Position numbers and translations under genes: made by a program. A model generated the notes under the pieces. The model was given only the letters and a program-made list of their open reading frames with translations, did no database searches and was not told the origin of the DNA. Below, piece by piece: positions 1-13,700 of a stretch of DNA of 64,000 nucleotides. Source of the DNA: Chrysomallon squamiferum. Taxonomy: Eukaryota; Animalia; Mollusca. The DNA is taken from NCBI GenBank assembly GCA_012295275.1, contig CM022673.1, positions 62,001 to 126,000 of the forward strand, read 5' to 3'. Position 1 is the first letter of the stretch. Each line of letters starts with the position of its first letter.

Positions 1-3000
1 CTACCAGCTGGAGATATACTTTCAGTAATCCAGGGAGTTAGAAACCGTTTTGGAAAAAATCCTTTTGTAACTGTAACAATAAAATAGAAGTTACCCCTTT
101 TTTCTACAGAAAATCAAAAAATTAACTTTAAAAATTAAAACACAAGATTAATAGATTCTGAAATAATATAAATAATACTGAATTCTGTTCTGCCTAATGC
201 AACTAAAATGTCTCAATTTTTCTTCTTTATTTTTTCCAATTTTTTATTAATTCTTTTTATTATTTCAATATAAAATACTAACAAAAATAAATAATGTTAT
301 AAATTTAAACTTAATATTTTAACAAGCTGCCAACCTCCATCATCAATAAACCATTTTTCTTTGTTTCCCATCGGGTCCTGATCTTTTATGAGCCCAATCA
401 TGTGGCCTTCATTCAGTGACATATCCATCACATCAGTGGCTTTGTAGGTGCTCTGTACACGAAACAACTTGTCAGCAGGGTAGATCTGACGGAGATAAAC
501 TCGCTGGCTGTCACTCTGGGGACTAGGTGGGGCAGTCTGAAATTATCACAATATTTCTGTAATTAGTTAAGATTTAAAAATAATATTACAAAAATGTTAT
601 TCATGGAATATTATAGGTTTTAAAAAAAATAATAGTAACAATTAAGAAAATTAAATTTAAAGGCTTAACAGTAAAATCACAACTTTAAAACAACTGTATT
701 TACTTAAAATGAAATAAAAAAGCGTAACTTCCATATGTATGTATGTTTGTATGTATGTAAATATGTATGTATGTCATGTGTATGAAAAGGAAAAATTCAT
801 TAATTAACACAATATATACAATATATATGTGCTATACAATTTCAAATATGCTACCACGTTTGATTTGGTGCTGTTCATTTCCCACGACATTCGTTTCTGC
901 TTCTTGTCCATCTTATTTAAAGTGTCCAACTTTGGATTGAATCCCCGTGGTATGAAAGACAGCTGTGAGACCTTGTCCAGTTCCACTGTGTGTCTCACAT
1001 TGAATGTATCTATAATGCTGTCTTCAGTATTCAGTAACAGTGGCAACTGAAATTCATTACAGGATCAAATTAAAGCAAAAACAAATGGCAGATGAAGAAA
1101 ATACTAGATGGATAGATGGATGGGAACAGATTGGCAGGGTAAACTGTTGTACCTTATTTATAAAGATGTGTTTTCTACAAGGACTTATTTCATTCAGTGA
1201 AATGCATGAGCATGTATTTTTATCTGTAGACAGACAAAAATGCAGACACAAACACAGACATACAAACACACAATTACAAACACACACATACACACACTCA
1301 CATATTAACGAACATGAACACATACACACATTCACACACTAAAAGTACTGATGATGTACAGCACAGCTATATGATGGCTTTTAGTTTTTTTTATTATTTT
1401 AAAATACACAGTTAGGTCAGCTCACCTCATGAAGCAAAAGACTGTAAAAGATTTTACCTGCATCAACACACAAGTTTCTTTCAAAGTTTTGTCCATGAAA
1501 GTCTTCTGTGCTTTGACGAAGACCCCAGAACATTCAGTGAGAAGTTTGTAGGCCATGCTGTAGAACTTTGGTAGCTCATCCAGCAGTTGGGCATTCATTG
1601 CCTCATAATCATTCTTGGTTGAAAGTAAAGCATCAGTCTACATACAGCAAAACAAATGACTTTTTTAATTCCTGATTATCTTTTTACCCATAAGCACAGA
1701 TAAGTACAGTTGGCATTAACACAAATACACAAGCATTCATTCATTCATTTTTGCACACAGACATTACAATAAAATTTCCTTTTTTTTTACAAAAATCTAA
1801 ATATATGGCTCTGTGCATTGACAAACCTACCAACAGTGTGCAAATGCATGCATGTTCTCAAATAAATTTCCGTTTACTTTTATATAAACATTTAGCTCTT
1901 AACACACCCACACCCACATAAATTCATGTACTTCTGCAACTGACAATGCAAATGAATATGTGTGATTAAGTAAAATTCAAATATCTGACTGACGGATTTA
2001 AAGCAAAAAATCATGTACATGTTTAAACAGTACTCATATCCAGAACTGACTCACTCACTCTTCATCCCCAGTTTCTCTTTCTCATTACAGAGGCTAGTAC
2101 AATGTGCTGCAAGCTTTGAATTATTAGTGAAAACGGCTAACCTTTTCATTGTCTTTGGCTTTTCTGAGCTGACTTTCATAATCCAGCAGTTTGTCAAAGC
2201 GTTTCTCAATGACATTGTTTGGCCCTATACACAGTCCAATTAATCTGTTCAGTGGAGCAATAACAAGATCATCTACTGTGGTTTTCTGTAACAAAAAAAA
2301 TTTAAAATAAAAAGACAGATACACAGTCTGTAACATCTGCAAATTACCAGTTCAAGAAATAAATTCATTTGAAAGTTTCACAGTAATCAGATTATATAGG
2401 CTATTTCTTTTTTTTTTTTAATGTATTTTCACCAATTCTGCTTGGAAGTGGTTTATGGTGACTAAAAGAGATACGATTCTAAACTTGAAATAATAAACAC
2501 CTTTAACTTAATACACATTTGTTCAATTTAAAAGCAGGCCTAATTATAACATATCTAATCTATACCAACCATGGTGAGCTATCTAACATTTTTGAGGTAC
2601 CAGTATATACATTCCAACTTTTGCAATAAAGCTCTAATCACACAACAAAGGAAAGATTTAAATTTACTTACATATAGAGAAAATATAGCTCTACAATCCC
2701 TTACATTTCAAATTTTTTGAATACTAAAGTTTCAGAAATGTTGGAACTGTCTGTATACTAAACTAAAACAATATGGTGGTTTTAAATGTTAAAGAATACA
2801 GTACCATTTCTTCAAACAATTCTGAAACAATCCTGTGCTGCACTGTTTTGTACTTTGTGGCCTCAATGCTGGGCTGTCCATCATACAGGTCCATGACGTC
2901 TGCTACAAAACCCTCCTGGCTTCCAACACTCTCCTACAAATATACAAACAAGAATATACACACTATCACAAATCTGTGTTTGCATGCAAGACAAGCTCTA

Positions 3001-6000
3001 AAGATTAAACAAGCAAGTGCATTTTGTTTGTGGATTATTATAATATTTTTACTTTATTGTGGTATATTACTGAAAAAAGTGTATTTTATTTTGGGATTTA
3101 ACCCATATAAGCATTTTTGTTTAGTTTAGCTGAAATGTTTTAATACTATGCAAATAAATGTACTTTGTTTAGTTATTCCACAAATAAATGTATTTTGTTT
3201 AGATTATACACAAGCATGTGTACTTTCTTTAGTTATTACACAAATAAGTGTACTTTAGAGGGATTCCATAAATAAGTGTCTTTTTGTTTAGGTACTACAC
3301 AAACAAATGTATTCTTTTATGACATTGGTCAAATAAATATACTCTGTACTACTTGATAAATACTTTAGGATAATATAAATGATTTTGAAAAAATAACAAA
3401 TCAATTGAATATGCTTTTAAAACAATATTTTCTGAAAAATGTCTTATTTGTTCTAATAATAACTTGCTAAATATTTAAGATATTGAAAACCAATATATGA
3501 ATACCTGAAACTGCTCCATGTACGTGATGATGTTTTTCAGATGAATTCGAATTGCTTTTTCAAGGTGTCGAAACTTCACTTCTTCATGCTCAAAATTCTC
3601 ATCTCGATTCTGAAACAATTATTAACAATTTGTTTCTTAAATTTTCCTTTTAAACGTAAACTTATCAATTTAGTACTATCCACATTTTATAAATTAACAT
3701 TACAGGCAACATTAACGCTAGATCAAAAATATTTAAACAAGTGAAAAGAGCATTATGTTTATTCACTAAAATAATTGAAATTTCAAAATGTAATAATAAC
3801 CAGATACACAGCTGAGAAGTAACTACTGTTTTCAGTAATGTTAACTTGTGTCAGTTATGAAAGGTAACAGCTCACCACAAGACAAATTCCGAGATTTGTT
3901 GACAGACGACCTCGTATTCGACTGGATTTCTTTCTCAGTGAATGAAGATTCAGCTTGGAAATCTTGTCACTGAATGTCTGATCTGTGTCCTTCTTGTACT
4001 TGAAAACTGCAAGAAGAATCCAAGAGGTTTACTTCAGAAGATTATAAACATAATGTTCTTACATTACTTTTCATAAAACTGTCCAAAATAAATTTATGAC
4101 CTGTATAGTTCTGACCACTTTCTTAGTTTTATATCTTAACACTATGAAAACATCTCTATTTAAAAAAAAATCCTTTTTTGTTTTGCTTAAGAAGTTAAGG
4201 AGAATGAATGACAAAACCGTAATTACACTATTGTGAAGGAATAGTTGGAGTTTAATTTTTTATTTTAATATTATTATCAGTTTTAAAACGTACCAAAGAA
4301 GAATGGTATTTACTCCCCACATTAAACATTACAAAGATTTTCAATAAATAGACCAGACCAATCACTACAGAGATGCCTCATAATACAAACATGTATGTTT
4401 GTTCTTTTAAGGGATATTTAACTAGATGCCAACTTCCACTTTCAGTAACAGTCTATAAAAATCCTTTTGAATATTTGTAATTACCTAAATCTTTCCTTCT
4501 CTTGTACTCATTGATGGCTGTAGCAACACAGGTCATAGCAGTGATAGCCTCGTTTATTTCAGCTTTATCTGGATGGTCGTCTTCAGTAGCCTTTGTTTAA
4601 AAAATAAATAACAATAATTATTTATGAATCAGTATTTAACATATCTCAGTATTTTGTAGAACTTTGTTTTAAACAAATTATAAACTGGGAAAATTACTAA
4701 ATTCATTCTCATAAAATAAAAAAATAAAAAAAATATAGATATGTTTAAATTAATGAGAAGTATCTAAATCAATGACGCAAATGTAATAAAACATTAAATG
4801 TTTACCAGGTAGAATTTAAGTAAATTTTTCATATCTACTATCAGTATTTTACAACTGAAATACATTACTGATATTAAACTAACAGCACATTATATTTAAA
4901 TATGAGAGAGAATGATACAGACAGGAATAGTTTTTAGATCACTCAATCACTGGTTTGTATTTTATTTTCTGTAATATTAAATAAGATATTTTCATCTGCT
5001 AATGTCACAGACCTTGTGCAGTTCATTGAGCAGCAGTGGATACTTCAGTATTCTCTGCACAGGTTTAATTAGCATGGCCTTCACATCAAAGACATTTGTG
5101 TGTTCTCTTAACTCAGCAATCTTCCTGTTGAAGAAATCCCTCACTTCGGTTTCGCTGTCATACTGTAATTCACAGAGAAATTAATGTCAACAGATTCATG
5201 TCTCAATTTCTCACAATTTGTTTTTACATCAGCACATACATATGCATTTCATAGTTTCATGACAAATGTGACAAAAACTATATGCCTAAAAAGATAAAGA
5301 CATTATATATAATAACAGCATATTCAGTATTCATATTAAGGCGTTATTTAAATCGAAAATATCAATTTACAAAATAGTGATGCAACCAGAAGGTGAGAAT
5401 ACAGAAGGAATGTTCAATAATATTTAACATGTAAAATTGTTTTAATAAAAGTTAGGAATTACCTTTTCAAGCAGAGTGATGACATCATCATGATTTCGAC
5501 AATAAGGTGCATAAGTATTTTTCATGTCCTCAGCAAAACTGACAAAGTGAGTACCTGAAGAACAAAACAAGAAAATTAATCACCCTGAAAACTAATATAC
5601 TGTCCAGTTTATAGATTTACATCTGCAACAATACTTGACCATGTGAAATATATTCTGAGTTACAAAAATAATACTCCCTCTGAAAATTAAACTCTGTATT
5701 TATTTTTAGCAGTTTTGACAATTTTAAGCTGTGTCTGTTGCAAAAGAAAACATAATGTTCTAAAGCAATTAAATACTTTACTTATGATTTTTTAATACAT
5801 TTTGTTAACTTTTTTAACTTGGTAGATTAGGAACATTTTATATATCTATACATTGTATAACCTACCTGTAAAAAATTATTTTTAGAAAATTTCTGAAATT
5901 TTTATTTTTATCTTGTACTGTGATGCTTATTTTGTAAATGAAGAATATCAAAATGACTGAAACTTTATTTTAACAAAAACCAGCAGACTTTCATCAGATG

Positions 6001-7877
6001 AGGTACCTCAAAAGTAAACATATAAACAAAAAGATAAGATACCAATGATCTGCTCCTCAAAAGGTTTCCCATTCACTGCTCCTTCTAGCACTGTGAGTAA
6101 CTTCTGAGAAACATCAGCTATCTCCTCCATGTTTCCCATCACCATCTCCATGTCTAAGTGCGGAGCCTGGTAAACAGTGTAAAATATTTTAAAATAAAAT
6201 AAATTCTTATTTCCATTAACCATAGGCGTTTACTATTTTAGGAAACCTCTTTCAATGTTTTACAGTCATATACACAAAACTTAACTTATATGCTATACAG
6301 ATGAAAACAGATACATGAACAGACCTATCTATTTGACAGCTGTCAACATATAAGAATAATGAATTATAAAACAAGAAATCCTTTTGGTTTTTCCACTAAT
6401 ACACACGGTTTTAAATATTTCCCAGAATTGTTATGGTAACAAATATATGTCATTTCATAAGGAAGCACTTTTAAAATGCTAACACAATGAATGTCTTCAT
6501 GCAGTTATAAAAAGTCAAATAATAAGGACACACTCATTTTGATGGAATCAATCTGAAACTTGTATGAATGCATGTATCAGTATTATAGAGTCAGTTATTC
6601 CACTGCATTCATATCTGTGTAATATCCAGACTATTAAAATAGTATTATGTATATATGTAGGAGATATGTATACACACACACACACACACATATATAAAGA
6701 AATACCTTTTCAGATGACTCTCCTAGAAAAGTCTCCAGACAAAGCTGAAGATCATGTAAGTAATCTTTCTCTGTGTTTATCAGTTCCTGGATCACTTTAA
6801 TTCTTTTCTCTCTTCGTTTTTCCTTTCGTTCTTCCTGATGTTTCATCTCCTCCTCCCTCTGCCTCTTCTCCTCCTCAGCCTTCTTCTGTCTCAGCTGCTC
6901 TGCCAGTGCTTTCTTTTCCTCCACAGGACTCAGCTGGTACAAGTTTTCTGTTAAATACATTAAAAGATTTAGTAGATCTGATCTGAAAATCAAGATATTT
7001 TAATCAAGATAAAAATGCAATAAAAACTAATACAAAATTAAAATAAAAAAATAATAATAATAAAAAAAAACATTACAACTCTAATAAAACTATTTTTTTT
7101 TTTCAAATTTGCAGTATATTTCAGTATGATGAAAAATGTAATAAATAAAATAAATAAATAAAACAGACTCCTTAATTATAAAATTTGTTCATACCCGAAA
7201 CTAAAAAAAATAATTCTTGTTGCCAAACAAAATAACAAACCTGTGGAACAAAACCTAGCTTACAAAGTTATTTTACCTTTTAACCTGACTAACTCATCAC
7301 TAAGACCCCGAACATTGGCTTTACAGTCCTCTAGATTTTCATCAATTTCTTCTCTCTCCATCTCAGAGGCCAGACTCAACTTTGTTTTCAGTTCTATGCA
7401 TGATTTCTCATATTGCTGATAAACAGAAAATCACAAATACAGTTGAAGTTCCTTTTAATCTCTCAAAGTACTTTTATTTTATTTTTTTTTCAAATATTTT
7501 ATGTTTCATTTTCACAACATAATTTAACTAATATGACAGTTTAAAATGTAATTCAGAAATTCTTAAACAAACCATATTTTTAACTTAACTACAATTTCAT
7601 GTCCATGACAAAGTTTTTTCCATGTTTGTTAACTGTCTGTAAAGCAGTTTGAGAAAGGAAAACGGTGAAACAGGAAATGTTAATATTTGGCCAGGTTGTT
7701 TTTAAAAATATATATTTTAAAAAAAAACTGAGAAAAAGAAAAAAGTAGAAAAGAACAAAAGTTTTCTAAACTGTAATCAATAAAAGGTTTACTTTAAGAT
7801 TTTTTTTATTAACATATTTTCAGAAATTTTGTAAAAAGTTTAAAACAAACTTGAAACAACAGGACACTAATACAATA

Positions 7878-7921
<44 letters not shown>

Positions 7922-10523
7922 TTTTTTTTCTTTTTTTTTTCAATAAATTTTTGTTTTGTTTTTTATATTATACTTATAGTAACAGTGTTATTTTAATGGT
8001 AATGGTTTTCACCTCCTTAATATAATAATTCAGATGTGGTCAAGCGATTGTTAAGAATCATGTAATTTATTTTATCTATTTGATTCTAATTAACACTCAC
8101 ATTAATTTCTATTGTTGAGAAAAGAAAAAGACATGGAACATACAAACTGTTTACCTGGAGATCTTTTTGTACTTCTTCAATTCTTTTCTTTAAATCTGCT
8201 ATGACTTCAAAGTTAGCATTTTCTTCATTATCTGAAACATCAAACAATATAAAAATGTCAACAAAGCAGTGCTTAATGTATATAATGTTTTTTATTTTAA
8301 TAAGCTAACTGCAATAATGCACCTATTATAATTTAAAAAAAAAAAGTTTTTTGTTCATTTTAAATTCAAAAGAGCTAATGACCTGAATAATATGAATGGA
8401 ATACTAAACTGACAAGTCATATATTTCTGCCCATAAACAAATTTATTTTAATCCTTTATTTTTGATATCAAAACTATAGCAATATTTTAATAGTGACTTC
8501 TTTTTTTATCATAATTATGAGGTGTCGCAGTCATTTTGCAAAAGGATAATATTGAGAAATTCTACATACATGCGTTTGTTGACTGTGGCATGCATGTTTT
8601 ATGTTGTATGTCATGTATGAATGAGGTGTTTGTGGATTGTGCTGTGTTTTTATGTTGTGTTTTACATATGATATATGTTTTAAATGATAAATGGTGTGTG
8701 TAAAGTATAAGAATGGATTTATGTTATTGATAACAAATGTACCAAAACTATAGGGTCATTCTGTGTCAAATCACCCAATGGGTTAAACCCGACCATCTCA
8801 GATTTTTATCAAACTTGGTATACTTGTTGACTGGGATCCCACAGTACCAAATCTGAAATTTTAGCCCAATCAGATCAGTGGTGTGGGAGATAAGGCCCAA
8901 ATGAATTGAAGGAGGAAATAATCCAATTTTATGAAAGTGATGAGAACAGTAGAATATGTCCGGGAATGAAGGATATAGTGAGCATTTGAAACAGATGGTG
9001 AGAAGGTTAAGCATCAGAAACACCTAGTTCTCTCAAATTTATGTGAACTTTATGCATACATGTAGGCCTACAATGTCTTACTCGATGATCAAGAAAGATG
9101 TGATTCCTAGCATCCAGAATTGATCATTCAGGTTTTAGTTAATCAGATGTTAATGGCTGAAAAGGTGTTATTTTCATGTATGTGCATTTTTTAAATCTAT
9201 ATTGTGGCTAAACAAAAAATATTACACCCAGGAAACTTTTATATGTTTTAGTTAACATGTGGGAGATTAAATTTCAATAAATGTCATCTCAAGGTCACTT
9301 GATCCACACGGTCAATTTCAAGGTCATAGCAAAGGTCAAAAGGTGAATGTACCCCAATATTTTCCAAACTGAACAAAAATGGCAGATTTGGAATCCTTGT
9401 CATATTGCCTTTTCAACAATACCAATTTTATGAAGATTGGCCCAGTAGTTCCTGAGATATGAGGGTTCAAAGGTTGGTGGTCACGCCCATTTTTGTCAAA
9501 AATCTCAAAATTCGTTGGGCCATATCTCCCACACCACTGGTCCAATTGGGCTAAAATTTCAGATTTAGTGCTGTGGGATCCCAGTTAACAAATTTTATAA
9601 AAAATCTGAGATGGTCGGGTTTAATTTCTTCTTTTTTTGGGGTGATTTGACATGGAATGACCCTATACAACTATGTTGTCAAGAGCATATTATATCATTA
9701 TCCTTATGTTTGTTTCAGACATAATAAACAATATAATATAAAAAAATAAAATAAAAATTTAAATTTAAAAACATATGTTGCAAAGAAAAGATACAATCCC
9801 CAAAAAAAAAAAAAAGAAAAGAAAAAGTTTCATTTTATAAACAATTTCATTATTAATTAAAATCCACTAAAATATTTATACTGAACATGTTTCTTGTGGT
9901 TCATCCATGACTTCCTTATTAAATACACTAAACAAGATATTCATACACTATATATAAATCATACAGAATATTGGTTCTTACACTGCAAAATTTATATATA
10001 GAAATTCCATTATTATGCTGTTGACCTAAATAAATGACAATTTTCCAATGTTTACAACACTGTCTGATAAAAACTAACCATTTAATCTGTACTCTCTCCT
10101 CAGTTTATGTAACAGTAAAATTCTTGAATTAATATACAGGTATTTAATGGCATAAATATTTCTGGACCTTCAAATGTAATCAAATTACAAATTTACTTAC
10201 CAATTTATAAATATATACATTCTACTGTTCTGTTTTCACTGACAATATTAATATGGCAGTATACCAGTAATTAGTGCAGCAGAGATATAGTTGTCATAGC
10301 AACTATTATCATAGTTTTACACAAAATGCTGACAAAACATATATATATGTATCACACAATATGACATATTAGTATCAAAAATAGTTTGACCTTAGTATAA
10401 AAAATGTGTAATTTATTACCAATATATTTTGACTATATATATATAATACAGTTTAAGCCTATTAACAGATTTTAAATTGAATATTACTTGATTTAATTAC
10501 CAATATATACATGTGTGCATGAA

Positions 10524-10557
<34 letters not shown>

Positions 10558-10660
10558 CGTGTATATATATATATACATCCATAATATATACACATACACA
10601 CACATGTATATATATATATATATACATATTATCCACACACATATATAGAAAGAAAGAGAG

Positions 10661-10754
<94 letters not shown>

Positions 10755-13700
10755 ATAAAATGGCAACTTAACATTTACTAAAAGAACTGGAATTTCTTGG
10801 AAACATAAACATCCACAAAAATAAAAAAAACTATTAAGTTCAGACACAGTTCTTAGATGTAATGATATGTACAGTAAAAAGAACAGAACCATAAATGTCA
10901 TTATATTTAATCTATGCATTAGTATTTAAAACATTTACTAACATATAAAATTCATAAAATGTAACTGCACAAAGTGTTATGGATGCACTAACCTTGTCAG
11001 GGTGAAAATTTGATCAATCCAGATAACAACACAAATAATTTTGAAAACCAGTTGATCTTTGTCTCCAAATTCTAATAGCCAAAAGGAATGTTCTTATCTC
11101 ACTTAATGTCCTTACATACATGTTAGGGTTGTTTTTTCAGTTTAACTCTCTATGCTGAACTATTAAAATATTCCACAGGTATCAATGAATCAAGTCAGAC
11201 TGACCCATTTTTAAACACACATCTTCAGGTTAACACTAATGGTATGTTGCTACACTGAACTCATACCTGGATCACAGTTGTACTGTTACACGTAAATACA
11301 TAATGTATTGTAATAATACAAACATCTACCTAATTACTGTATAATACCAGAATTATTCACAGTACTGTAATGCCTGTCAGGTTACTGGAGAAAAATGTTA
11401 ATTATCACCAGATACCAGAGAACTACAGAAATCAATAATGGTATTTATCCACTTGATGTACAAAGACCCAAAACTGATATAGTACAGCAAACAATTTCCT
11501 TCAAAGAATACACTGCTGTTTTTAATGGCATTCACCCATGCAAAACATCTGAACCCACATTTTATCTACAACAGTCATGGATCACTTTTATGAACAGAGT
11601 TATAATACTCAGAATAAGCATAATAATAAAATGTGAATTAGAAAAAAATATGTTTACCTGTTATTAGTACATAAATTAGAAAAAAACATATTTACCTGTA
11701 ATCAGTACATAAAAGATAGATTTATTCATTTTTGTTGTTTCTTTTAAGTGCTTTGATAAGAAGCGAAGTATTTAGGTCTCGTTATCAGTCAAGAAACCAG
11801 GATTTCCCTTTTAGTTCAGGTAAATCAAATTATTTTCTGTTTCATATTTCAATTGGAACATAGTCATTTCAGGGTTTAATTAATTTTAGAAACATCTAAT
11901 GCCCACAGGAGATATGAAATACCAATAAAAAACAGGGTTTTTTTAAAAATATATAATGTCATCTGTCTTGTAATATTTTATGTCACTGTTACTTTATGTC
12001 AAATAAAAAGGTATCTTGGATTATTTTAAGTTTCATTTCAGTTGACCACTGTTAGAAAAGGGTAATTTTATAAATATAAAGATAAAAATAATTTTTATTT
12101 TATTTTTATTTTTTAAATCGCAAAAAAAAAGCATGATCTGTCATAAATATTTCATATCATAATTGTAATAAAAAATAATAATAATAATTAATATATAAAA
12201 AACAAAAAAATCATTGATATATAATTTATTTATTTTTACTTCCCATTTGTGTACCTGTTATATCTACTTAGAGTGCATATTTGTCACCTTTTCATTTATT
12301 ATGATTTTCTTTTAATCATTTAAAAAAGAAAGAATATGAATAATTATTTCTGCAATATGCATAACATATATATCTGATGTATATTAAATCTGCATTTAAG
12401 TTAAATGAGGAAATAAAACCAAGAACAGCAGCAATAATCCTTTAAAACATCTAAATTACATTAAAAGATGTTTGTATCAAAGTTACACAACTATGGAATT
12501 ATCAACAACATGGGGTTTTTTTTTACACAAAAATATTTTAAAAAGATAATTTTACTCACTGCACAGAAATATCTGTACATTCATATGTAGATTTATTTTC
12601 TGCTTGAAGATAATTTATGCAGTTAATAAAATAAAGAATGCAGTTGTGCTGTTGAACTGTGGGTTCAGTATAATTTTGATGACACACAGACAAACAGCAG
12701 TAACACTTTAAAAAAAAAAAAAAAAATAAAAAAAAAACATTTCAGATATGATCTAAGTAAGTTTCATGAAGTTCTTTACAAATATTTCAAATTTAGAAAT
12801 AGAATATAACTCAATATGGATATCAAATCATTTTGGTATTATTTTTGGTGGGTGGTGGTGAAGGAGGTGTAGACTTTTGAGTACATCTTTGTCAGCAGTA
12901 AAGTCAAATTTTATAACGGCATACAACCCAGTGAAAAATATGCTCATTCAGTTATGGGCAGTGTTTAATTTTTATTCATTTTTTACAGATTTCATGTATT
13001 AAACTGTTGCTGAGAGGTAGTGGTGTATTTTGCTGAAACAGATGCTTGTCGGATCAAAACTCATTTTAAATCTTACCTTCGTTTTCTGGACTGAAAGACA
13101 TGAGGTCGTTAGTCACTGTTCTGTTAACTGGTCTCGACTGCGGACGACGGGGTGGTGAAGAGGAAGCTGGTCGTGGAGGTGCTGGTGTCCTTGCTGTCAG
13201 TTTTGGTACAGGCGGAGCAGGACGCTGTGGCTGTGGGTGATTAACTTTCACTGGTTGAAGGACAGTCTTTGGAGGCGCAGGTGCAATCTTTGGTCCCGTT
13301 GGTCTTGGTGGTGGGGCTTTTCGTGACGGAGGTAATTTGACTTGATTTTTGTAAGGCTGTCCGAGAGAATTTGACCTTTGAACAGGTACTCGTGGTGGAC
13401 ATCGCAGCACTGCACTGCATGACAACACACCACCTGTAACAAGCTTAGTTTCGTGAACCTCATCGTTCTCGAATGCATCATTTATGAAAGAAGTGTTTTG
13501 ATTTATCCCTGTGTTTGATGTGGTGTTCTTGTTTTCCTCAACCTCCAACACTGGTGCACTTTTTTTTGTGCTGCTTGTTGATATGTTTACTGTTGATTCA
13601 GCAGCATCAAATGAAACCCAATTTGATTTTCCCTCTGATGATGTACTATTATTAGGAACAAGTGAGCCTAAGTTTTGATCAAACTCAGAAAGCACCGATG

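Noticed and set aside
8766-9545. ORFs inside the TIR element as a transposase
   Set aside because: Short (69-85 aa), no DDE or HTH motifs; the element is non-autonomous.
10462-10919. Overlapping ORFs of 68-96 aa
   Set aside because: Translations of dinucleotide microsatellites (CVCV, SLSL, ERER); not genes.
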